A program made the translations under genes and the position numbers. A model generated the notes under the pieces. That model made no database searches and was not told the origin of the DNA. It saw only the letters and a list, made by a program, of their open reading frames with translations. A stretch of 64,000 nt of DNA from Adineta vaga (taxonomy: Eukaryota; Animalia; Rotifera), in the NCBI GenBank assembly GCA_021613535.1, contig CP075492.1, positions 11,346,001 to 11,410,000 on the forward strand. Reading direction: 5' to 3'. Shown piece by piece: positions 41,345-53,029 of this stretch. Within the stretch, counting starts at the first letter, position 1. Every line of letters starts with the position of its first letter.

Positions 41345-41617
41345 CCAAAGACTTTTCAATTATGAATTTATTGTTTTGTAAAATTTTTCGTTTTCATATT
41401 GCAAATAAAAAATGAGAGTATGGCCTTTTGTATTTCAAAATGTAAATTAACACAGATAATAACGATTTGTTTTCTAGAAAGTAAAATCCATTGACAAAGT
41501 GCGACCTCTTCTACTCTATTGGCGACATAAAATGGTCAATAGAATAAAATGTTAATGCTCTTAGAGAAAAATCACATCTCGAACTATTGATATTGATCAT
41601 TCAGATTTAGATGAAAG

Positions 41618-42181
41618 ATGTTTGATTTCGGATATTTTGTCCGTTCATTTGTATTATTTCAGCGATTTAAAGGCAAAGTAAAAACCAAGAAATTATTCGA
41701 TGAATCAATCATTAAAGGGCGCTGTTGGACAACGGATCTTGATTTCAATTGGCATATGAATAATGCAAGATATTTACGTCAATGTGATTTTGGTCGAATT
41801 GCACTGTTAGTTGAAACAGGTTTATGGGATGCTATTATGATTAGAAGAAAAAATGGAATGAAAGATGCTGGTATTTTAGTTGGTGCATTACAAGTTCAAT
41901 ATCGTCAGAGTGTTGAATTTGGAGATCGATTTGAAATTCGAACGAAAATTAATGGATGGGATGATAAAGCTCTTTATTTAGAACAAGCTATGGTACTTGA
42001 TAAAAATAAACAAATTGCTTTTTCAATGTTAATTCGATTTGGATTAACTCCACGAACCTTTACACCACAAATGTTAGTTGATGATCTTAATATTGGACAT
42101 ATTCAATCGCCAACACTTTCGCCAGCTGTCGAAATCTTTAAACAAAACTATAGAATAGATTATCAACCAGTCAAATCATGA
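41618..42181 (+). CDS. THEM6: THEM6-like hot-dog-fold thioesterase, intronless
   Basis: GRCWTTDLDFNWHMNNARYLRQCDFGR, VQYRQS, WDDKALYLEQ. Confidence 0.9.
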   Translation: MFDFGYFVRSFVLFQRFKGKVKTKKLFDESIIKGRCWTTDLDFNWHMNNARYLRQCDFGRIALLVETGLWDAIMIRRKNGMKDAGILVGALQVQYRQSVEFGDRFEIRTKINGWDDKALYLEQAMVLDKNKQIAFSMLIRFGLTPRTFTPQMLVDDLNIGHIQSPTLSPAVEIFKQNYRIDYQPVKS

Positions 42182-42553
42182 ATTTGATTTCTTAGTTAAT
42201 AAATAATATTTTTTTAATAAAAGAAAACGTAGAACTACTAGTTACAAACTTTTTCAAATAGTTTTATTGAAATCAAGAATGTATCAAATCGCTCGCCATA
42301 GGAACTCATTTAATCTTTGACTATACAATCTATCATTTTCAACTATTCTTATAACAAAAACTGTGTGAAATAAACATAATGTGTTCACGAGCGACATCTC
42401 TTTCAACACTGTCGACTATTGGTTCATAAGAATACCCTTGTTATAGCTATTTGTTTATCTTGTTTTGTCGTTCTGTCTATCTATCTATCTATCTGTATGT
42501 GTTTTCTTACAACGTGACAGTAACAAAACTTCAATTACTGAGAAACTATTCTC

Positions 42554-43516
42554 ATGACTGAAATTTCACCACGACGCTTAGAATTTGATCGTGAAAATAC
42601 TTTCTATGAACTTTTTATTTCATCCAATGATTTATCTATAATTCAATCCAATCGAACTAATACGGTACCTTGGTTAATGGCATTTGGTCGTTATCTTAAA
42701 ACAATTCGACTCGATTCTCATCCAATGAGTACAAATCCACTTCTTTATCAATTTGTTGAAAATATTTTGAATGAAAATCATCATCATAGTACTACTCGTG
42801 AATTACTTTTAATTCTAAAACAATGTATTTATCTTTATCCAGACAAACTCATCAATCTATCGTTTCAACATCATCTAACGAAAGCTTCATTAACTTTAAC
42901 AGATCCTTATCTTAAATATAAATATGTTCGTCTTCTTCGTTTGATTATCATTGAAATAGAAGTACAATATCTTCACGAAATTCTTCCATCAACTGACCAT
43001 CTTCTTGCTAATTATCATCAACTGGACGTTTCCATTATGATTGTTTTAGAAAATCTAGTTTTAATGAATACTGATTGTCAATTACAATCTCGATTGAATC
43101 AACTTTACAATCAAACCCTTATTGATTATTTCAAAATGAATGATTTCGATGATGATGAATTAATTGATCTTTGTCAAATTCTCTTTCAAATCAATCGAAA
43201 TCAAACACTTCATTGTTTATTTACTATTCCCAATCTTTTCAATGATCTATTAATCTATATTGATTATGATACAGATACAATGATGAATTGGTTATTAACT
43301 CCTGAAACTGGAGAAAAATTTCTCATATTTCTTCTTCGATTAATGAAATATTTTACATCAAATCGTGATGAATTTAAATCTGAAATTAAGAATGAAAATT
43401 ACAATAAATTCATTCATACGATCAAACAATTTCATGAACAATTAAAAAATGCTCATGAAAAATCTTTATTTCCTTACAATATCAAACCATTATTGAATGC
43501 TTTCAATCTATTCTAG
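42554..43516 (+). CDS. Lines/LINS1-like protein (compact, intronless)
   Basis: DDDELID.., LF..LL..IDYD...[21 protein letters not shown] and terminal [10 protein letters not shown] resemble the conserved Lines blocks as recalled. Confidence 0.72.
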   Translation: MTEISPRRLEFDRENTFYELFISSNDLSIIQSNRTNTVPWLMAFGRYLKTIRLDSHPMSTNPLLYQFVENILNENHHHSTTRELLLILKQCIYLYPDKLINLSFQHHLTKASLTLTDPYLKYKYVRLLRLIIIEIEVQYLHEILPSTDHLLANYHQLDVSIMIVLENLVLMNTDCQLQSRLNQLYNQTLIDYFKMNDFDDDELIDLCQILFQINRNQTLHCLFTIPNLFNDLLIYIDYDTDTMMNWLLTPETGEKFLIFLLRLMKYFTSNRDEFKSEIKNENYNKFIHTIKQFHEQLKNAHEKSLFPYNIKPLLNAFNLF

Positions 43517-43518
43517 AT

Positions 43519-43908
43519 ATGGGACGTATTTTTCTAGAACATATTGGTGGACAACGAGTTTTTTCATGTGCTCATTGTGATACACCATTAACAAATCGAA
43601 ATGAATTAGTTTCAACAAGATTTACAGGTGCAACAGGTCGAGCATTTCTATTCAGTCGTGTTGTAAACACGAAACAAAATACTGTACAAGAACGAGTAAA
43701 AATTCATTTCGATGGAGATTTTTAACATCTAATTTCATTCAATTAGATGATGTTAACTGGTCGACATTTCGTTCGAGATGTAACTTGTAAGAAATGTGAT
43801 GCTAAACTTGGTTGGATGTATGAATTTGCAACCGAAGAATCACAACGTTACAAAGAAGGACGAATTATTCTTGAACGTGCATTAATTAATGAAAGTGATG
43901 GTTTTTGA
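43519..43908 (+). CDS. YPEL5: Yippee-like 5 (exons 43519-43695 and 43747-43908)
   Basis: [91 protein letters not shown]. Confidence 0.97.
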
Positions 43909-44040
43909 AAAAGAAAAACGAACATTCTTGTTTTATTTGTTATTTGTTATTTGTAGATAGCTAGAGAGAGTGAGAGCTCAGATTAAAACGTTCATTTTTA
44001 TTTATTTCAGATTGATTTTGTTTGATTAATTGGAAATGTA

Positions 44041-46092
44041 ATGGTCGGAATTCGAGATAAGTTAAAAATTGAAATTGTTGAACATAATAATGAAGTAAGA
44101 GAAGTTTTTCTTTGGAAAAAAGAGAAATTCTTTTATTTTTGAAGGTTCTTCCAATATTAATTCGTGATATTGGAATTAATTTAAAAGCAGGAGAAGATGT
44201 TGCATTAGTTAGGTTTGATAGTTATGCAGATCTTTTGGTACCAAAGAAAGTCAAAGCGGATGAAATTCAAACATTAGATCATCTCGTTGAGTATGTTATA
44301 GAAATTTAATATTGATATTTATAAACAATATGTTTTATTTTAGCGCAATTAATAATCAATGTTGGATTCTTCCAGCTGTTTATCGAGGTTATATAACAAA
44401 AATATTCTGGTTTAAACCGCCATGGGCACATCAATTTCAAGATGGAAAATATCAATTGCAAGTTGGGAAGTGTCAAGAAACTGGAGTTTTGAAGTAAGTT
44501 AATTCTCAAACATTCATATGTACTTTATATTATTTGAGACTGATAAGAATGAATAGAATACGAATTTCTAATGGTATTCTCATAGATAAAGTAAAAAATT
44601 GATTTACAAGCAGAATACATCTGTACAATAGAAGGTAATGCTTTTCGTAGGATTTGACGAGTGTGATCTAATAGTTATCAATAGATTGATTACTAGTAAT
44701 TAGTTTTCAATTAACTAATTCTAATATGGAATGGAAAATGTTAATCAAAATTTATCTTATGTTTAGAGTTGTTTCAACTAATGCATATTTTACATCCAAT
44801 TGTGTTTATTCATCGAGTGATAGACTCAAGAATATACATACAGTGGATATTTATGTATCAACAGGTGGTTTAGCAAAGAATTATGCGACAACAATTGAAA
44901 AATCTCATCCTTCAATTTATGATCATGATAGTGGAAGTGAAAGTCTTGATGCTGATAATCTGAAAAAAGACAAATCATCTGTAAATGATCTTAATCATAA
45001 AAATGATCCAACAAAACAACGCGTTTATCCTCTTGATGCAACATTAATCGATCAATTACTTGAAACAAGACAATTTCTAATTGATGTCGATCTTTCTTTT
45101 TTCTCCACCGATGATTATATACGAAAACAATTTGATGAAAATGAATATGAAATTCTTCGTTATGTTTATACACGTATCGTACATGATCATTCAGATATGG
45201 AAATTCAACGTTATATAACAGCACGCGAAAATGCATTAGAACAAATTCGTACATTGATGAATGAATATGTCATTGGTCCAAAATCAGATCAACCGATCAT
45301 TATCGAGTAAAATCATCCTTTGTTTTTTTTCTTTATGAAAAGAATGTTGTATTTTTTTTCTCTTCTATTGTAGAAATCCATATCTTTCGGCATTGATTGC
45401 GATTATTCGTCATAAGAAATTAGATTGGCAAGCAGTTCATAATTATGGAATGCATTTATCAGATACAAGACCACCATTACATGTTTCTTCGGAAGAAATG
45501 GTTATTTATTTAACAGAAGCTATGGCAAAAATTTTACAATCGATTAAAAAAGATCCAATTCTAATTACAATTTCAAGGTAAAAAAATATGAATTTCTAAC
45601 TTATTGATTATACAATATAATAATGATGTAATGATTATCTTTAGATGTGTTGATGATGGTCATTGTTCATTAGAACAAGCTGATCTAATTCAACAATATG
45701 TCGAGAAGAAACTTCATATTTTATATAAAATTGATGAAACAATTGGAAAAAGTTTATTAAGAAATAATGAATACGAAGAAGAAGAGCCGAAAGATCGACG
45801 ATCTATGCTTATCTCTGATGATGAAAATAGTCCTTCGCCACCCAATGGTTTGCCCAATCGAGCACCACTTAGTGGTGATAGACCTCTTGCTACCGATATC
45901 ACCAATTCCAGCAAACATCTTGCCTTAAAAAAAGATGTTGATATTGATTTATCGCCACCATCGAATACAAATAATAGACTTTCACCGTCGCCATCTGTTC
46001 CATCACCTTCGAAAGAACATCTATCGCCAGGAGAAATTATTAAAACAATGTCACCATCATCACTTTCGGAAGGATCTCCTATATTAGATTAA
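44041..46092 (+). CDS. UPF0489 (C5orf22-like) protein with degenerate motifs and a Ser/Pro-rich tail, multi-exon
   Basis: IVEHNNEVLP, RFDSYADLLVP, WILPAVYRGY..WFKPPWAHQFQDG, FLIDVDLSFFS, ITISRCVDDGHC. Confidence 0.8.
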
Positions 46093-46402
46093 TTTTCTTT
46101 TTTGTATATAGCTACATATTGTATTATTGAATGAGGAAATCGAATTTCAAAAATTCGAGCATAGCTCTGAATGTATTATGTGCATTAATTAATCTCTTGT
46201 TGTTTGTATTTCAATGTTAAGTCAAACAAATTTGTGTTTGTTTTTTTTGTAGTCAAACTTTCTTTGTTTGAATGATATAGTTTATTAGACATTTTGGTTT
46301 GTAAATATAACATATTTCATGTGGTTAAATCTCTCTTTCTCTCATTTGAATACATGTGACACTTCATCGAATGATCAATGAATCATTATTGTTTCAGATC
46401 AA

Positions 46403-46606
46403 ATGTTTTTTTCGAGCGACAGTGGTTCATCGGGTCGTCATGCTGGTACAACTCGTTCTAATGCACCACCATCGAAATGGGACTATGTGAAAACTTTTTA
46501 CTACAATCAAACTAAATGGGATTTTGTCAAAAGTGTTGCTTTCTTTGGTGTTGCCGTTTATCTCATTCGAGATTTAGCATCAAACGATTTGCTTCCAATG
46601 GAATAG
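46403..46606 (+). CDS. TOMM6: Mitochondrial import receptor small subunit TOM6-like
   Basis: 67 aa with a single C-terminal TM segment, FVKSVAFFGVAVYLIRDLASNDLL, resembling the TOMM6 anchor. Confidence 0.7.
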   Translation: MFFSSDSGSSGRHAGTTRSNAPPSKWDYVKTFYYNQTKWDFVKSVAFFGVAVYLIRDLASNDLLPME

Positions 46607-46658
46607 AAACATAATTAGTTTGTTTTTTTTTCGAAATAAATATTGACAAAGGAAAAAG

Positions 46659-49462
46659 TTAACTTTTACTTATAATTGATCGTTTTGTTGGAATGACTCC
46701 ATAATAATTTGCATGTGACAGTGGACAACCATCTCCAGTTCGTCCACCTGTACCCCACCAAGTTGGAAAATCAATTTTGTTATTTTGTAAAACGAAAAAT
46801 ATAATCAGAATACCGACTGCAACACCACAATCCATTGCTGCAGAAAAGACATACGCATAACGTTTCCACCATGCACGTGCATAACGAGCGAGAATAAAAT
46901 TAAAAATAAAGCCAACTAATAACCATGAAGGAAAGTTACCAGGTGGAGCTGGTGGCATGATTGCAGTAGCTGATAACATGATAGGAAAATGAATATGTTT
47001 AAGCCATTTAATGTTAGGATATTTTTTCATCAATAACCAAACAGGAACAGGAAGAATAGCACCAATAAGAAAACCATACAGAAGAGATGAATAAGTTGAT
47101 CCAGGTCCAAACATTTTTACTGGACCTATAAGAGAAAACGTTAATTGTTCGTTGCGAAATGTAATTAAACTTACCAATTGCTCCCCAAATAATCGATGCA
47201 CTAAAGAAAGTATTTGCACCTGGACATGTCCATCGTGGATTTTCTGGCGTACATATGTTTGGAACTGTTTTAAGAAGATAATCAGCAGTAACGAAATTAA
47301 TTACTCCAGCAATAATTGTGCCGATTAATTGTGTAATAAACATAGCACGTGGAGGAATCTTTACAAAAATGTTTTCATCGAAACAACAAATATCAGGAAG
47401 CAAATTGAAATACTTACTTTCATATAATGACCTAATTTTAAATCCGAAATAAGTAGTAATGCTTGATTCTGACTAATATATCCATATGTTTTAAATGTCA
47501 CATTTGCTAGTGGATCACCTGGTATTGCTACACCAGCAACGAATTCAGTGATTACATTAAGTCCTAGGAAAATATTTAAAAATCTGATTGTAAAGAGCAT
47601 GTATCAAAATATCTTTATACCTATCGATTGATTTGTTACAGCAGCAACAATACCTGTCGGTAAAAGAAAGAAAAAGGCCATGGCAACAGCAACTATAATA
47701 ACATAATTCATTTCAATCGTATATATATATATTTCAACATGAAAATTTACCAAAAAGAAAATACCATGGCATCAATTCACCAAAATGGCAAACAATAGCA
47801 GCTAAACCAAATGCTATGAGAAATAGAATTGTATACCACCATTCAGGTGCTTCTTTATAATGAGACATCAATTTCGCATGAATATCTCCACTATTATCTT
47901 TTAATGATGATCGAAATTGTTTGACAATTGTCTTGCCTTGATAAAGTATTGTATGTACAATTACTGCTGCTATAGCTGCGAATGATATTCCATAAGCAAA
48001 AGCAAAAATAGGTGTCATTCGAATTTCACCTACAAAGATTTCAAGTGAATACATGATTAAATTAAGAAGACAGAAAAACAATGCATCAAACCATATTCTT
48101 CATAAGCAGTTTCATTTAAACGTAAATTAGGTTTTAATACTGCAGAAATATTATAAATATATCCATCGGTGCTGAATACTTGAGGACTAACAATTGGTAA
48201 AACTTTTGCATCCCATAGATTCGAATAATATGCAGCTGGTGTTATAATCCATGCTAGAACAACAAATCCAATGAGAATATTCACCTGTGCCCTAGAAACA
48301 AATAAATAAGGAATAAAATGAGTTGTATAATTTATATTGAAATTTCACCAATAGGGTACAACAATAGGTGATCCAAGAAATGAAACCCATGCATTCCAAT
48401 CTAATTCAATAGAACCAATACCTAATCCATTGATTCCTGTTACTTGAGATAGAACAACATTATCCGGTTTGATCATACATATCCAAGAAAAAAGTGAAAG
48501 AACAGGAAAAATATAACCCGGAAACCAATAATATAAAAATTGACAAAGAAATGCTACGAAAAAGAATCGTAATCGTGACATTTTCCAACGTGATTTTCCA
48601 TCTTCTGTTTTCCCATCATCTTCATTGTCTTTATCTTTATGTAGGGTTTGGAATAGTGCACAATTAACGAGATTAGCTGGCCATATCATAGATGCTGGCC
48701 ATACAAGAAATTTTCTCATGATACCTGCCATTCCATATCCTATAACTTGTGAAGTAACAACAAAGATAATACCAATGCCTGGATGCATTGTTCGTTTATA
48801 GAATAATCGTTGAATAGTAAGAACATCAATTGCATAAGCTGTACCCTATACAATTCAAAAGAAAGTCTTCATTTGAATTTTAATATACAATTGAAACTTA
48901 CACATCCTGTACTAGCCATGGTTGTAATAATACAATGTTCTTTAACAGTAAATGGACCAGGATTTAATGAAAAAGTCCATCGAAAGATTTTGAAATTTTT
49001 CTTTGGTAAAATTTTCTCAAGACATTTACCAGCTAAATGTGAAAGTAATTGTGCAACAAGTACACCAATAACTAAGGGTGAAGTTCGATACCAAAAAAAT
49101 TGATTGACAAATGAAAGAATAGCTGTAAATGCTACACCCAGAAATAATGAACGAACTGTTAGAACAGCTATAGATGGATCATCTTTATTTGAAACATTTG
49201 CAGCAACTTCTTCATAGGGTGATTGTTCATTTTCATTATTTTCTAATGCGGCAGTCGAATCTTGTCGTTGATCAACATCAACTACTATACTATCACGACG
49301 AAAGACAACACGATTACTATCCGGATCAATTGAAACTGTGTCCATTGGTTTATTATCGACATGAATATCATCAGTAGAAAAGGATTGATCATTTTCACCA
49401 TGCTTGCTCTGATTATCTTCTTCTCTATTCGATTCTTTTGGAGAGGAATTCGTCATTGTCAA
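46659..49462 (-). CDS. OPT-family oligopeptide transporter (fungal/plant type), about 8 exons
   Basis: [91 protein letters not shown]. Confidence 0.96.
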
Positions 49463-50651
49463 TAATGATCAATTGCTTGATCTACTTTTAAAAAGCATAT
49501 ATATATATATAATTTTATAGTTATGCATGATTAATTATCTCTTCTTTTTATCGTAATGAAGACCTTCATGACATCATTCGAGATAGGGTTTTTTCAAGGA
49601 AGGACGATTTTGAACAAAGGTTTAACCGTCTTACTTGCTTAGAATGACGAATGAAGTAGTAACATCCAATAGATATTTAAACAAATGATTTAATCGAAAA
49701 AAAATCAAAAAGAAGTAAGTTATATTTTGTGTGACTAAGACGCAGAACGAAGGAAAGGAACGATAAGATATAGAAGTCACGAATGACTAGAAAAATCTAT
49801 TTGGGGGAAGACAGCATATAGAATTTCATTGAAATATAATAAAACGTGTTTTTGTTAATCAATATGAAAATAAATGATATCTATATCTATATATATATAT
49901 ATATATTATCACTTGGTTACATATGATCGAAAAAGTGTATCCAATTGAATGATGATTGTTTGTCTGTTATGGTTTATCTATGTCCTTGTATATGTATCTT
50001 AATAGCATGGTTACATTTTCTTCATTAAATATTATTATTGAAGATAACTTTGAAGGTGAAAATAATAATTATATTATAATCAAATTGATTTTCTTAGCGC
50101 TTCGAAAATATCTGGTAGCTATCATTGATAATTGACCAAACTTTTCGTTTTTTATTCTCTACTATTGATAATTTGTTTATATCACCTTCATAGTGTTTTG
50201 ATTTCTTGTCAAAGTCTTCATACGTTGGCTGACATTTAATATAAAAATACACATTCAAACATAAGAAGAGTTATTGTTCTATGTGAAGGTGACTGGCTTG
50301 TCTAAAGAAATAATTCGTATTCAAATTTCAGTTGTATTGTCCTTGAAAATAGGCTTTCAATTTATTATTTTAATCAATAGTATGATCATGTAAACAAATA
50401 TTTTTTTATGTCTGAATATGGAAGAAGAAAAAAACGATCACAACTATGTTGATTTCTTCGCCTTCGTCTTCTCTATTCTTCAATAATTTAAATCTGAGAA
50501 AGAATGAAAGTGAAGGAGAGAAGAAAAATCAAGATTATTAACTTTTTCCCTTCGTTGCAAACATGAAAAGAAAGAAAAAGAAACTTCGCAATTCTTGTTC
50601 AGTTAGATAGAGAGAATTGATTAGTAGAACGAACAACACTTTAATAGTTTC

Positions 50652-52760
50652 ATGTTTCATTCAAAGAAAAAAGTAATGCTCACAACCTCAACACATCTCA
50701 TTTGTCCAGCATGTTTAACATCAGTAATTGGTCTATCAGATAAAATTCATTACGCACGAAAGGTAAATATCGATCGTTTTCTCGAGAAAAAAACTCGTTT
50801 CTGAATGATATTTTTTCATTTCCATTATTTAATAATCAAAGATTTGGCATAAAGTATGTTTCTGTTGTAAAGTATGTAGTTTACAATTAAATTCTTTGAA
50901 TGTAAGAATGCGAGATGATGATAGTTATTCTCTCTATTGCCTTCGGTAAGTATGACGACGAAAGGAAAGAAGAAAAATCTTGTTGGAAATGATTTCTTTT
51001 AGACATTATCCTGACGAAGATAATGTTTCCATGTATAGTGAAACGTCTACATTTATGTCTTCGTATGATATGAAAAGTTCTCGTACAGGACATACTGAAC
51101 ATGATTCTCCATTATATTGGACTGTTGATGATGTAGCAAGATGGTTGAATGACATATCATTACAACAATATGAAGAAATCTTTCGAAAACATAATATTGA
51201 TGGTTCAGTCTTACTTGATGAAATTGATGGAGTAGATAATGATATAATTCAACAATTAATTCCAGCTTTAGGTAGTCAATTGAAATTTCGAAAAGCATTA
51301 CGAATGTTACGAAAGTAAAAACAGTTTCTATCGAAAATTTTTTTTCGTAATTATTTCATTTTGTTATTGATTCTATTAGTACTATGCGTACTCCACAAAG
51401 ACCTAGTAGTGCAGGTAGTAATATACTTAAACAAGACTCAGAAGTACATTTAAAACTTTTACAAACAATTCATCAACAATCAGAACATATAACTTCACTT
51501 ATTTCAACTGTTTCCGCTCAGGTAATTAATTAAAATTATCATACATATTCTATTCATATAATTTTTATTCTTTTAGACAAAACATATCGAAGTATTAGTA
51601 ACGAAAATGACTCCTAATTCGAAATTTTCACCTATTGATGCATTTAATAAATCATCTTCAGTTGTTCAAAATCAATTACTTGATCTTCCATCCAATATAT
51701 CCAAAATACCTTTTGCATCAGCTGATACTCCTCTATCTGACGTTCCAGCTATTGATTCTTGGCACCATCTGTACTTTCTTTACCATCTAATGCTAATATT
51801 CCATCAACAACAACTCCTGTTCCAACTTCTGTCGATGGTCCACAAGGTTCAAGTGGTGTTAGTTTTCCTGCTGTGATTCATCCGAATATCGATGCCATTG
51901 CTATACAGCCAGTTATTGATGATAAATATAATTTTCAGAACTACGGTCATTATACCGTGACAATCTTTGATCAACAATCGGAAAATGTTCTTGTTCAAAC
52001 ATTAGTTAATGTTGTACCAGAAAATGAAATTTGTATGCCGAAAAAATTTGTTCTGCGTGATTCAGTGAATAATGTCTTAGTGGGTGCAACTGTAAAATTA
52101 AAATTACATGATCAAGTTGTTTTTACTGGAATAACAGATACAAATGGAACTATAATTATGCCAACATCATTACAAAAAAATTGTTATGAAGTTGAAATTA
52201 ATGCGAAAGATTCTCAACATAAACCTTCAGCATTTCGAATGATTGTTTATGAAAATCGTGGATCGGATGTTAATACACAATTCATATGTCGACAATTAGA
52301 AAGTGATCAAGTTGAAATTGTTCTGAAATGGGATCGTTTACCACGTGATCTTGATTCACATTTATTCGTTTCAGATGGGCGACATGTTTTTTATGAATCA
52401 AAAATTGAAGGAAATGTTTCACTTGATTATGATGTAACGAATGGTTTTGGACCAGAAACGGTCAAATTAACATTAGAATCAGGATTGAAATATCTCTATG
52501 TTGTTCATCGATATTCTCGTGATGGTTTTCTAACAAAATCAGGTGCAACAGTAACAATTAATAATGGTACTCAAACATCAACTGCTGATAGTCCATATCA
52601 AATTGTTCAAGTGCCTGTTGTTAATCAACCAGATGCAAACTTTTGGATTGTTTTTGAAATCGATGGTACAACAAAAAATATAACTATATACGACAATGAA
52701 TTCGAAGTTCATAATAATTATTCTTCAGATCAAATTGGATTGAAATATTTCAATCGTTAG
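50652..52760 (+). CDS. Chimeric protein: LIM domain + SAM domain + short coiled coil + beta-sandwich + YfaP/DUF2135-like C-terminal domain
   Basis: Spliced CPAC..WHKVCFCCKVC..YCLRHY (LIM); WTVDDVARWL..LQQYEEIFRKHNIDGSVLL (SAM); IVLKWDRLPRDLDSHL..LDYDVTNGFGPETV..YLYVVHRYS. Confidence 0.8.
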
Positions 52761-52941
52761 AACTGTTTAGTTTTCTTTTTTTGTAAATAGATTTTTAGAC
52801 GAAAATAGAAGTGAATGAATGATTACGGATAATTTAGCATACGATCAAATTTACAAATCTTTGTACAGAACGAAAGTCATCGACTTAAAGAGTATAGAGA
52901 GTTTTGAAGTGACATCTATGTTAAGCATTTAATCCCTTTCT

Positions 52942-53028
52942 GTTGCTATGTGATGTTTAATACAGTGTCAAGGTGAATGGGAGAGATGAAACAAACTTTT
53001 GAATACATTTCGAATTCTTTTTAGCAAC
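52942..53028 (+). promoter_or_regulatory. RFX half-sites upstream of DNAI1
   Basis: GTTGCTATG at 52942-52950 and TAGCAAC at 53022-53028, just before the ATG of a motile-cilia gene. Both are only partial consensus matches. Confidence 0.45.
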
Positions 53029-53029
53029 C

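Noticed and set aside
43514-43521. Lines-YPEL5 fusion by stop-codon readthrough
   Set aside because: The 2-nt spacer puts YPEL5 in a different frame, and no slippery site is evident.
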